Below are positions 56,097-64,000 of a stretch of 64,000 bases of DNA, piece after piece. Position 1 is the first letter of the stretch. Every line of letters starts with the position of its first letter. This stretch comes from Acidimicrobiia bacterium. Its GTDB lineage: Bacteria; Actinomycetota; Acidimicrobiia; Spongiisociales; UBA5794. The notes under the pieces are model-generated. The model made no database searches and was not told the origin of the DNA. It saw only the letters and a list, made by a program, of their open reading frames with translations. Made by a program: the position numbers and the translations under genes. The DNA lies in assembly GCA_041581135.1 (NCBI GenBank), contig JBFGCM010000001.1, positions 32,389-96,388 on the forward strand. Direction: 5' to 3'.

Positions 56097-56615
56097 TCAC
56101 ATCACGATGAGCAGGCTGACGATCACGGCGAGCGCGACGACGAAGGCTCCGGCGATCAGGGATGCCACCACTGCAGCGAGATAGACCGGGCTCACCAGCC
56201 GTCCGAGGTCGAACACCCCGAGATCCTGTACTCGCCCGGCCACTCGTCGTACGTCGAGGAGGCCGGTGAGCACGGACCGCAACCGTGACCAGAAGCTGCC
56301 GCGGGTGACGCCCCTCATCGATGACGCTGCCTCGATGGCCTGCCCGACCGCCTCAGTCGAGCCGGCCGCGGCCCGTCGCGGGAGGGTCACCACATCGGAA
56401 AGCAGCCGGGAGAAGTCCCACAGCACCAGGCCGGGCAGTGCCAATACCAGGGCCACGATCAGCCCGATGATCACACGTCCCGCCGTGGGCCGGATGAGAG
56501 TGGCACCGATGAACAGACCGGCCGCCAGCACCACGATGCCGGCGGTACGGAGTGTCGAGGCGACCGACTGCATCGCCGGTGCCAACGACCCGACGAGGCC
56601 GCGGATCCGATCCAC
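56097..56615 (-). CDS. Membrane protein, unknown function
   Basis: 172 aa with three or four hydrophobic segments. Confidence 0.5.
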   Translation of the reverse strand: MDRIRGLVGSLAPAMQSVASTLRTAGIVVLAAGLFIGATLIRPTAGRVIIGLIVALVLALPGLVLWDFSRLLSDVVTLPRRAAAGSTEAVGQAIEAASSMRGVTRGSFWSRLRSVLTGLLDVRRVAGRVQDLGVFDLGRLVSPVYLAAVVASLIAGAFVVALAVIVSLLIVM

Positions 56616-56651
56616 GTCAGGGCGGGCCTGTCGCCTCGTGTCCCCGGTGCC

Positions 56652-57293
56652 TCACGCTTTGAGGGCTCCGACGTAGCGGTCCATCTGGGCGACGTACCGG
56701 TCGGCGTCTTCCTTGGCCTGCGGGTGACGGTTGCCGAGCGCAACCGCGGCGAAGCGGGCGCCGCGGTAGTAGGGCACCAACGCCTCGCGCGGCATCGCCT
56801 TCGGTCCGGGTTCCGCGGGGCCGGTGACGGGTGGCTCTTGTGACGTGGGCGGGAGGTCCATGGCCTGGAGCGCCTCCACCAGCTCTTCTTCAGGGAGCCG
56901 GTCGGCGAAGTCTCGCGATTCCATGCGGAACAGCTCGGAGCCATCGGTGCCGACCACGACCACCGTGGGCTTGGCGATGTTCCGCTGGTCCTTCGGATCG
57001 GCGGCACCGTATGGCTCGATGGCGGCGCTTCGGTCGGGATCGCTCAAGATGGGAAACGGCAGCTCGAGCTTGTCGATCATGGCCGCGTTCTGCTCGGGCG
57101 AGTCGATGACCACGCCGAACACTCGGGCTCCGGCGGCAAGGATGGCGTCGTGGTGGCGGGCCAAGCTGACCAGCTGGCCGTTGCAATAGGCTCACCAGTC
57201 GCCACGGAGGAACACCAAGACCGCCGGCGCATCCAAGTGGTCCGACAGGGTCCAATCCTCGGCGTTCTGATCGGTGATCGTGAAGTCGTGCAT
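56652..57293 (-). CDS. PRX_like2 / AhpC-TSA family peroxiredoxin-like protein with in-frame TGA at the catalytic Cys position (candidate selenoprotein, U-x-x-C)
   Basis: Track ORFs 57192..57488 (last 33 aa, MHDFTITDQNAEDWTLSDHLDAPAVLVFLRGDW) and 56652..57164 are in the same frame. They are separated only by TGA at 57194-57192. Read-through gives FLRGDW-U-AYCNGQL, which matches the family motif F-x-RG-x-W-C-P-x-C-x-x-Q-L. GAGGAG precedes the ATG at 57293. Confidence 0.7.
57159..57179 (-). promoter_or_regulatory. Candidate bacterial SECIS hairpin
   Basis: The mRNA reads UGA-GCCUAUUGCAAC-GGCCAGCU[GGUC]AGCUUGGCC. This forms a 5+3 bp stem with a bulged U and a GGUC tetraloop. The hairpin starts 12 nt after the UGA. 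Confidence 0.55.
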
Positions 57294-57310
57294 GGCTCTC
57301 CTCGTGACTG

Positions 57311-58885
57311 TCAGCCGGCGATCATCTCGGCGGCCTTCTCGGCGATCATGATCGTGGGTGCATTCGTGTTGCCGCGCACCACCGTAGGCATGACGGAGGC
57401 GTCGGCCACGCGCAACCGTTCCACCCCGTGGACTCGCAGCTCGGGACTCACCACAGAATCCGACGGGGACCCCATCCGCGCCGTGCACGAGGGGTGGTAG
57501 AGGAGCTCGGTGGCGGCCCGGATCCAGCCTTCGAGGTCCTCACGGGTCGACACGTCCGGCCCGGGGTGGAGCTCCTCGAGCGCAACCTCGGCGAGGGGGC
57601 GGCTGCGGGCGATCTCCCGTGCCATGTCGATACCCGCCACCATTGCGTCGACGTCGGCACGAGCCGCCATGAACTGACCGAGGATCTGCGGCTTGACCGC
57701 CGGATCCGCAGACCGGAGGCGCAGCGTGCCGCGGTTCACAGGCGCCACGAGCGTCGGGGCGATGGTGAACCCGCGACCGTCGTACGTGGTGAAGCCGTGG
57801 TTCTGGAAGTAGCCGGGAGCGAAATGGAACTGCATGTCGGGTGCATCCAGGCCCGTACTGGTGCGCACGAAGCCGCCGCCCTCCGCCACGTTCGAGGTCA
57901 GCAACCCGCGGCGTGAGGTGAGCCACCGGAGGAGCTCCTTCGTCGTCTCGGCGTCGTCGAGGGTCTGCCGTGCCGAGGTCTTCCACGTCAGCACCGTCAC
58001 CGGATGGTCCATCAGGTGGGACCCCACGTTCGGATTGTCGACGATGGGCTCGATGTCGAAGCCGCGGAGGTGGTCGGCGGGGCCGACGCCCGACAGCATC
58101 AGCAGCTGCGGCGTGTTGATGGCGCCGGCAGCGACGATCACCTCGCCCTCGGCCTGCACCCGGTGCCGTCGGCCGCGGTGGGTGTACTCGACCCCGGTGG
58201 CCCGGCCTCTTGCGATGGTCACGTGCGTCACGTGGGCGCCGCTTCGCACTGTGAGGTTGCGGCGGCGCCGCGCCGGGTCGAGGAAGGCGTTGGCCACCGA
58301 CCAGCGCCGGCCGCGCTGCTGGGTCAGCTGATAGAGACCGACCCCGTCCTGTGTGGCGGCGTTGAAGTCCGGGTTGTAGGGCAGGCCGGCCTCCTTGCCC
58401 GCCTCGACCCATCGTTCCGTCAAGGGATTGAGGCTGCGAGCGTCCGAGACGCGGAGTGGTCCGCCGGTGCCGTGATAGGTGTCGGCGCCCCGCTCGTTGT
58501 CCTCGGACCGCTTGAAGTACGGCAACACGTCGTCTGCCGACCACCCGGCGGCGCCGTGGGACGCCCAGCCGTCGTAGTCGTGCCGGTGGCCCCGGATGTA
58601 GATCATGGCGTTCATCGCCGAGGAGCCGCCGAGCATCTTGCCGCGGGGGATGTACAGCGACCGTCCGTCGAGATGAGGCTCTGCGTCGGTGGTGTACTCC
58701 CAGTCTCGGCTCGTGCGGAACAGCTTGTAGAACGCGGCCGGAATCCGCACGTTGAGATGTTGCGAAGATCCGCCTGCCTCCAGCAGCAGAACTCGTCGAT
58801 CGGGGTCGGCGCTGAGGCGGTTGGCCAGGACACATCCGGCGGATCCGCCGCCGACGATGACGTAGTCGTGAGCCTCGTCCGCCAC
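57311..58885 (-). CDS. GMC family oxidoreductase (choline dehydrogenase-like flavoprotein)
   Basis: GTG at 58885 gives VADEAHDYVIVGGGSAGCVLANRLS. Contains GGSSAMNAMIY and the C-terminal HPSCTARMG...VADASVMP. The upstream ~257 codons of the track ORF overlap the LLM gene and were rejected. Confidence 0.88.
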   Translation of the reverse strand: MADEAHDYVIVGGGSAGCVLANRLSADPDRRVLLLEAGGSSQHLNVRIPAAFYKLFRTSRDWEYTTDAEPHLDGRSLYIPRGKMLGGSSAMNAMIYIRGHRHDYDGWASHGAAGWSADDVLPYFKRSEDNERGADTYHGTGGPLRVSDARSLNPLTERWVEAGKEAGLPYNPDFNAATQDGVGLYQLTQQRGRRWSVANAFLDPARRRRNLTVRSGAHVTHVTIARGRATGVEYTHRGRRHRVQAEGEVIVAAGAINTPQLLMLSGVGPADHLRGFDIEPIVDNPNVGSHLMDHPVTVLTWKTSARQTLDDAETTKELLRWLTSRRGLLTSNVAEGGGFVRTSTGLDAPDMQFHFAPGYFQNHGFTTYDGRGFTIAPTLVAPVNRGTLRLRSADPAVKPQILGQFMAARADVDAMVAGIDMAREIARSRPLAEVALEELHPGPDVSTREDLEGWIRAATELLYHPSCTARMGSPSDSVVSPELRVHGVERLRVADASVMPTVVRGNTNAPTIMIAEKAAEMIAG

Positions 58886-58890
58886 GATGC

Positions 58891-59751
58891 TCAGCCTGCG
58901 TCGAGGGCGGTCACCAGGGGCGCCCACTCGTCCAGGAGGGCGAGCACCGACTCGGGGGCCTCGGAGGGGGCGGCGAGCAGCACGCGAGCGACGCCGGCGG
59001 CGGCGTACGCCTCCAGTTTGGCGGCATCCGGTGGCGCGCCGTAGATGCCGACTTCGATGGTGTCGGGGTCGCGACCCGCCGCCTCGGCTGCGGCGCGCAG
59101 CTGGCCCAGCTTCTCGGTGATCGCCGAACGTCCCAGGATCGGCATCCAGCCGTCGCAAAACTCGGCGATGGCAGCGAACGTCTTGGGGCCGGCCGAGCCG
59201 CCCATGATGATCGGAGGGTGCGGCTTCTGGAGCGGTTTGGGCCAGGCCCAGCTCGGCTCGAGGGACACGTGGGACCCCTGGAAGGACGCCTCCTCTTGGG
59301 TCCACAACGCCTTCATCATGAGGACCTTCTCCCGGAGGATCGCCCGCCGCTTCGTGTACGCGACGCCGTGGTGGGCCATCTCCTCCTTGTTCCACCCGTA
59401 ACCGACCCCGAACATCGCCCGCCCTCCGGACATGACGTCGAGCGAGGCGATCTGCTTGGCCAACCACAGCGGGTCGTGTTGGGCGACCAGGCTGATGGCG
59501 GTGCCCAGCTTGATCCGCTCGGTGACTGCGGCGGCAGCGGTCAGCGCCACGATCTGGTCGTGCGTTCGCCAGTAGTGCTCCGGCAGGGGTGGGGCATCCT
59601 CGCGGCCACCCCATGGCGTGGCGCGGCTGACCGGGATGTGGCTGTGCTCGGGGAACCACAGCGACTCGAAGCCGCGTTCTTCGACGGCACGAGCGAGCGC
59701 CATCGGCTGGATGGTCGTGTCGGTCGGGAAGATGACGACGCCGATGTGCAT
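58891..59751 (-). CDS. LLM-class (luciferase-like) F420-dependent oxidoreductase
   Basis: MHIGVVIFPTD...GFESLWFPEHSHIP...GVGYGWNKEE is the typical LLM F420 subgroup pattern. Confidence 0.8.
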   Translation of the reverse strand: MHIGVVIFPTDTTIQPMALARAVEERGFESLWFPEHSHIPVSRATPWGGREDAPPLPEHYWRTHDQIVALTAAAAVTERIKLGTAISLVAQHDPLWLAKQIASLDVMSGGRAMFGVGYGWNKEEMAHHGVAYTKRRAILREKVLMMKALWTQEEASFQGSHVSLEPSWAWPKPLQKPHPPIIMGGSAGPKTFAAIAEFCDGWMPILGRSAITEKLGQLRAAAEAAGRDPDTIEVGIYGAPPDAAKLEAYAAAGVARVLLAAPSEAPESVLALLDEWAPLVTALDAG

Positions 59752-59776
59752 CGGGCGAGGCTACCCCGTCGGCTCC

Positions 59777-60565
59777 TCAGACACAGATGCCGCCGTCGGT
59801 CACCCCCCGGGCGCACAGCAACGTCTGTTCCACGGTCTTGAGGACGAAGCCCTCGCCGCTCTCGGATGGGGTGCCGAAGACGTGCAGCCGGATCCCCATG
59901 ACGGAGTCGTCACCCAGCCCGACCACGTCGTATGTGACCTCCCCGAGGTCGCCGACGGTCGGCGCCACCGACAGCCGAATCCGGGACGGCGGATCCGTGG
60001 ACGCCAGGGTCTCGGCGATGAGCAGTCCCAGCTCGGTCATGGTCTCGGTCTCGGGGGTCTCACCGAGGATGTCGATGAGCTGGCTCGTGGTGTCGTCGGT
60101 GCCGCCCAGGTAGGCGAGAAAGGCGGCGCTCGCCCAACCGGTGACGCCCTGCCACGTCAGCTCGTACCAGATCGACTGCGGAAGCTGACGGGCGTTGCCG
60201 GTGGCGACGAGATCATCGGTGAGTGGAGGCAGTGTCCCCAGTATCTCCTGGTCGGTTCCCGGCGCGGCACGGAAGTTGAGCACATCGTCATGTGCCACGG
60301 CGACGACGCCCAACACGTCGCCCGCCGCGGGGCCGAAGTCGATTGGCTCGCCGGGAAGGTCGGGCGGTGTCGAGGTGGTCGTCACCGGAGCCGTCGTTGG
60401 CGGCACCGTGGTCGGCGCCACCGTGGTGGGAGTCGGCGGCTCAGTGGTCGGCGCCACGGTGGTGGTCGGAGTGCCCGTGCCGTCGGCACCGCATGCGGCG
60501 ACGATCAGTGCCAGCGCCGTCAAGAGCAGCAGTACCCGTCGCCGACTGCGTATCGGCTCCCTCAT
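59777..60565 (-). CDS. Lipoprotein with Thr/Pro linker and SH3b-like segment
   Basis: The lipobox is LALIVAAC|GA. A PTTT-rich linker follows. The LNFRAAPGTDQEILGTL segment resembles bacterial SH3. Confidence 0.55.
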   Translation of the reverse strand: MREPIRSRRRVLLLLTALALIVAACGADGTGTPTTTVAPTTEPPTPTTVAPTTVPPTTAPVTTTSTPPDLPGEPIDFGPAAGDVLGVVAVAHDDVLNFRAAPGTDQEILGTLPPLTDDLVATGNARQLPQSIWYELTWQGVTGWASAAFLAYLGGTDDTTSQLIDILGETPETETMTELGLLIAETLASTDPPSRIRLSVAPTVGDLGEVTYDVVGLGDDSVMGIRLHVFGTPSESGEGFVLKTVEQTLLCARGVTDGGICV

Positions 60566-60676
60566 CGAAACCCCTCCTGGACGTGGCTCCGTTGGGCCAA
60601 AGGCCGATGCTCTGCACGCGCCCTCGCGGCCTACGCCGAAGGCTACCGCCCGATCCGAACAACGCGAGGTGTTTGC

Positions 60677-62182
60677 TCAGAAGGGTCGCTGGTCGACCCG
60701 GCGGTGGCGCCGGCGCTCGCCGCGCCGGCCTCGGCGCCGTCCGCTGGTGGCGAACACGATGGGTCCCGGGTAGGCATCGACCCGCGCCACGAGCGTGGAG
60801 CGTTCGTCGTCGGTGAGCCGGGTCGTCGGGCGGGTCCCCAACAGGGCATCGGCCTCTTCGAGCAGGATCACCGTCCCTGCCCGGTCGGCGAGGTCGAGCA
60901 ACTCGGCCAGGTTCTTCTCCGTCTCTCCGATGTACTTGCTGGTGATGGCCGTCAGATTGATCCGGTGGACGGTCGCTCCGGTGGCGAGTGCCAGCTCTTC
61001 GGCCTTGGCCGCCGCCAGCTCGGCGGGCAGCGTGAGCCGTTGCTTGTGGAACACCACCGGTGGCTTCGGCTCGCTGACGCCCGCAGCCCGAATCACGCGC
61101 AGCACCACGAACTCCGCCGGCTTCAATGGAGCGAAGCCGACGATGATGACCATACGTCCGGCGTCGATGTCGGCCGGCGTCGTTGTCGACTGGTCACAGC
61201 GAACGAAGAACGCCTCCTTGGGCGTGGTGCCGACGAATGCGCCGCGGTGCCAATGGTCCATGAGGAACGCTTCCACGGCCACACGAACTCGGCTCCACAG
61301 CTCTTCGTCGTTGGCCTCGAACGCCGCCCATTGGGTACCCGATTCGACGCTCCGCTCGAGGTACATGGCGGTCCGGCGCACCGAGACATACTGCACGGCC
61401 GGCTCCGTGGACGACGGTGATGCCAGCGTACGGGCCCCCCAGGCCACGTGGCCGAGGTGGTCGAAGTGCCGGAGTCCGTTGATGCCCTCGATGGTGAGCG
61501 CGCTGTTCTCGTCGTCTGTGAGGCGGTGATCGAGGCCGACCACCCCACGGAGCACGGCATCGACGCCGGCCGGCGCCTTCCACACTCCGGTGTCGGCGTC
61601 GACGCGGGCGTACACACCCGCCATGGTGCCGCTTGCCGCCCGCGTGGTGGACGTATCGCCGCCGAGCTCGTCCGGGATGATCGGGCGGGGCACATACAGC
61701 GCGGCGTGCTCGCTACGCAGTGCGCCGTGGGCAGACAGCCACGCATCGATTGCCTGCACCGTGTCTCGGGTTGCATCCACTTGGGGTGGGTCCACGATGA
61801 GGAACGCGCGGTTGGAGGCGCAGAGGGCCTGCGCCGCCATGATCACGCCGGCGGCGGGGGCGTCGTGCAACGCCGCGGTGTCGGGGACACACAAGATTCC
61901 GAAGTCGTGACCGCCCAGGGCGTCGAGAGCGGCAACCAGGTCGAGTCCGCCGTCGGCGTCGGCCCGCACGATCATCGCGATGGCCCCGCCGTTGGTGAAG
62001 AACTGGCGAACCGCGTACGCCAGCTCGTGGTCGGCGGCCGGCCCGAACGCCGCCTCGAACTCGGTGAACGAGGTGACGCGCGTGGGCACGCCGATCGGAC
62101 CCGTTTCGGCCCAGCCGACGAAGGCGGCGATCGCGCTGTCAGTGGCGGTGATCGCTGGAGGCGGTGACGCGATGTCGGGCAT
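60677..62182 (-). CDS. Contractile-tail sheath protein fused to a degenerate, P-loop-less AAA+ fragment (possible relic of a contractile injection system)
   Basis: Trimmed to MPDIASPPP (ATGA overlap with the upstream gene). Sheath motifs are AAFVGWAETGP, TGVWKAPAG, WGARTL, YVSVRRT and PLKPAEFVV. The last ~115 aa are HRINLTAITSKYIGETEKNLAELLDLADRAGTVILLEEADALLG, the AAA region after Walker A as in eCIS ATPases. The ORF then ends in an Arg-rich tail. Confidence 0.7.
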   Translation of the reverse strand: MPDIASPPPAITATDSAIAAFVGWAETGPIGVPTRVTSFTEFEAAFGPAADHELAYAVRQFFTNGGAIAMIVRADADGGLDLVAALDALGGHDFGILCVPDTAALHDAPAAGVIMAAQALCASNRAFLIVDPPQVDATRDTVQAIDAWLSAHGALRSEHAALYVPRPIIPDELGGDTSTTRAASGTMAGVYARVDADTGVWKAPAGVDAVLRGVVGLDHRLTDDENSALTIEGINGLRHFDHLGHVAWGARTLASPSSTEPAVQYVSVRRTAMYLERSVESGTQWAAFEANDEELWSRVRVAVEAFLMDHWHRGAFVGTTPKEAFFVRCDQSTTTPADIDAGRMVIIVGFAPLKPAEFVVLRVIRAAGVSEPKPPVVFHKQRLTLPAELAAAKAEELALATGATVHRINLTAITSKYIGETEKNLAELLDLADRAGTVILLEEADALLGTRPTTRLTDDERSTLVARVDAYPGPIVFATSGRRRGRRGERRRHRRVDQRPF

Positions 62183-62484
62183 CAGTCGAAGACGGCCACC
62201 ACGTCGAGATTCTCGTATTTGGGCTCGCCGTCGATGAGTGCCATCAGCTTCTGCGCCCATTCTTGGGTCTGGGGTCGATCGTTGTTCTTCTGAGCGTCCT
62301 CCCACGTCGTGAAGTCGGCCTGGACCACATACCTGCCGGGCTTGTCACGGAATGCCAGGACGCGGCCCCCCTGATAGCCGGGAGCGTCGGAGGCGTCATT
62401 GCGGGTCCAGTCTCGGAGCAGCTCGACGAGTGCTTCCGGGTCGCTGCAGTTGACGATGACGTGCTGGGTGAACATCGTTCCCAT
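62182..62484 (-). CDS. Small alpha+beta (ABM/Dabb-like) protein, unknown function
   Basis: 100 aa (MFTQHVIVNCSDPEALVELLRDW...). Its stop overlaps the sheath-fusion start. The family call is tentative. Confidence 0.45.
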   Translation of the reverse strand: MGTMFTQHVIVNCSDPEALVELLRDWTRNDASDAPGYQGGRVLAFRDKPGRYVVQADFTTWEDAQKNNDRPQTQEWAQKLMALIDGEPKYENLDVVAVFD

Positions 62485-62591
62485 GGGATGTGCCCTTTCG
62501 CGAGCTTCCTGGTTGAACGCTACGCGATGACCACACTTGGCGGCAGGGGTTGTCTAGGGTCTGTCTGGCAAACCACGGTGAAAGAGGGCCC

Positions 62592-63530
62592 GTGACCGAC
62601 CTCGCAGCTGATGTCACGCCAACCCGCACGGCACCACCGCTGAAGCCAAAACGGACATGGCGGGGGTCGGGCAAGGCGTACCTGTACCTGCTGCCCACGT
62701 TCTTGGTGCTGTTCGTGTTCGTGTACTTCCCGATCTACGACTCGGCCCGCCTCAGCCTCAATCGGGTCGCTCCGTTCGGTGGTGTCGAGCGTTTCGTCGG
62801 ATTCGAGAACTACACCACCTTGCTCGGCAGCGCTGAGTTCTGGAACACCGTCCGGGTGTCGCTGTTCTTCATGATCGGCACCGTGCCCGTCGGCATCGGA
62901 CTGGCCGTGGCCGTTGCCCTGCTGCTGGCGTATCCGCTGCAGCGAATGAACTGGCTCTATCGCATGCTCATCTTCGTGCCGGTCGTCATCTCGGGCGCTG
63001 TGGCGGGGACGATCTTCCGGCTGCTGTACAACCCCGTCGTCGGCTTCTTCAACCACTGGCTGGGTTTGATAGGAGTCGATGGACCCAACTGGCTCACGAG
63101 TCGCACCTGGGCGCTGTTTGCCGTGACCGTGACGGTGATGTGGCGACAGCTCGGCTTCAACGTGATCATCGCCCTGGCTGGGCTGCAGAACATCGACGAG
63201 CAGTACTACGAGGCGGCCAAGGTCGACGGTGCCGGGCCCTTCCGGCGCATCCGCCACATCACGCTTCCTCTGCTGTCCCCCACGTTGTTCTTCCTCGTCA
63301 TCGTCAATGTGATCATCAGCTTGCAGGCCTTCGCCGAGATCAACATCCTCACCGATGGAGGTCCCGGCCAAGCCACCACCAACCTCGTCTACTCGGTGTT
63401 CGTAGACGCCTTCGTCGGCACGTCCATGCGAGGGTTCGCCTCGGCTCAGGCGTTCATGCTGGCGATCATGATCATCGCCGTCTCGTTCATTCAGTTCCGG
63501 GGTCTCGGCAAGAAGGTGCACTACCAGTGA
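62592..63530 (+). CDS. Carbohydrate ABC transporter permease (MalF/UgpA-like)
   Basis: GTG at 62592 is preceded by AAGAGGG. The EAA loop is YYEAAKVDGAGPFRRIRHITLPLL. Confidence 0.85.
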   Translation: MTDLAADVTPTRTAPPLKPKRTWRGSGKAYLYLLPTFLVLFVFVYFPIYDSARLSLNRVAPFGGVERFVGFENYTTLLGSAEFWNTVRVSLFFMIGTVPVGIGLAVAVALLLAYPLQRMNWLYRMLIFVPVVISGAVAGTIFRLLYNPVVGFFNHWLGLIGVDGPNWLTSRTWALFAVTVTVMWRQLGFNVIIALAGLQNIDEQYYEAAKVDGAGPFRRIRHITLPLLSPTLFFLVIVNVIISLQAFAEINILTDGGPGQATTNLVYSVFVDAFVGTSMRGFASAQAFMLAIMIIAVSFIQFRGLGKKVHYQ

Positions 63531-64000
63531 CCACCGTCGACACCGCCGCCGAAGTCGCCACGACCCGCGTCGAGCCGCAGACCGAGCGGGAGCGTTTCAA
63601 GTGGGGCAACGCCCCCATCCACGTGGCGTTGATGGTGATCGGGATCATCGTCGCCATGCCCATCATCATCGCCTTCTTCATGAGCTTCACTCCGCTCAGC
63701 GAGATCGTGGGCCGCGCCGATCCGCGCATCATTCCGGCGAGCTGGACGCTCGAGAACTACGGAACGGCGTGGACCGCCACTCCATTCGGGCGCTTCATGA
63801 TCAACAGCTTCGTCCAGACCGGTGTCATCACGATTGGCCAGGTGGTGTTCAGCATCCTCGCCGGTTACGCGTTCGCGATGTTCGAGTTCAAAGGGAAGAA
63901 CGCCCTCTTCGCCCTCGTGATCGGCAGCCTGATCGTCCCGTTCGAGCTGACGTTCATCCCCAACTTCCTGCTGATCTCCGATCTGGGTTGGGCCAACACG
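63527..64000 (+). CDS. Carbohydrate ABC transporter permease (MalG/UgpE-like), 3' end beyond window
   Basis: The GTG overlaps the upstream stop (GTGA). The frame is open to the window end. N-terminal TM is IHVALMVIGIIVAMPIIIAFF, followed by a second hydrophobic segment. Confidence 0.8.
   Translation, partial: MTTVDTAAEVATTRVEPQTERERFKWGNAPIHVALMVIGIIVAMPIIIAFFMSFTPLSEIVGRADPRIIPASWTLENYGTAWTATPFGRFMINSFVQTGVITIGQVVFSILAGYAFAMFEFKGKNALFALVIGSLIVPFELTFIPNFLLISDLGWANT

Noticed and set aside
56652-57293. Simple pseudogene or sequencing-error explanation for the TGA in the peroxiredoxin-like gene
   Set aside because: This explanation is not excluded, but I consider it less likely. The stop falls precisely on the redox Cys codon, both halves are otherwise intact and in frame, and a fdhF-like GGUC-loop hairpin follows at the right distance. 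It is kept as the main alternative in the finding.
58886-59659. N-terminal 257 codons of the 782-aa GMC ORF, and similar long extensions of ORFs 12396..14024, 16035..17111, 33591..34523 and 48923..50350
   Set aside because: Each extension overlaps an independently well-supported neighbouring gene and translates to Arg/Pro/Gly-rich sequence. An internal start that coincides with the neighbour's stop or with an RBS explains the real gene.

Overview
This is a dense, high-GC chromosomal segment with about 72 protein genes and no rRNA, tRNA, CRISPR or transposase that I can see. Content and synteny look actinobacterial: mutT1-ppk1, iscS-mnmA-ligA, a MurA with Asp at the Cys115 position, an F420-type LLM, and NiSOD. 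Acidimicrobiia is only a guess. Most genes are housekeeping: murJ, murA, rpiB, ppk1, ligA, mnmA, dapC/D/E, several ABC-2 exporters and lipoproteins. Four things stand out. (1) At 22415-27790 there is a nine-gene bacterial microcompartment (BMC) operon. It encodes six shell proteins (one CcmP/CsoS1D-like BMC-T, one BMC-H, one PduT-like BMC-T and three BMC-P). It also encodes three cargo enzymes: an RpiB-like isomerase, DeoC aldolase and an acylating aldehyde dehydrogenase. Each cargo enzyme has an N-terminal amphipathic encapsulation-peptide-like extension. This matches the sugar-phosphate-utilisation (SPU) type of BMC, which to my knowledge is known only from comparative genomics and not from experiment. 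(2) At 56652-57293 a PRX_like2 peroxiredoxin gene is interrupted by an in-frame TGA exactly at the catalytic Cys of the W-C-x-x-C motif. A hairpin with a GGUC loop follows 12 nt downstream. This is a strong selenocysteine candidate that ORF callers would split or call a pseudogene. (3) At 60677-62182 an orphan contractile-tail sheath gene is fused in frame to a P-loop-less AAA+ fragment, probably the scar of a lost contractile injection system. (4) At 9709-10718 there is a NiSOD (sodN) and maturation peptidase (sodX) pair with a Pro5->Phe change in the Ni-hook. About 1.7 kb away is a His-repeat, poly-Asp/Glu membrane-anchored protein. All calls come from reading the ORF translations and the DNA by eye. 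No database search was run, and start codons are often uncertain by tens of bases.
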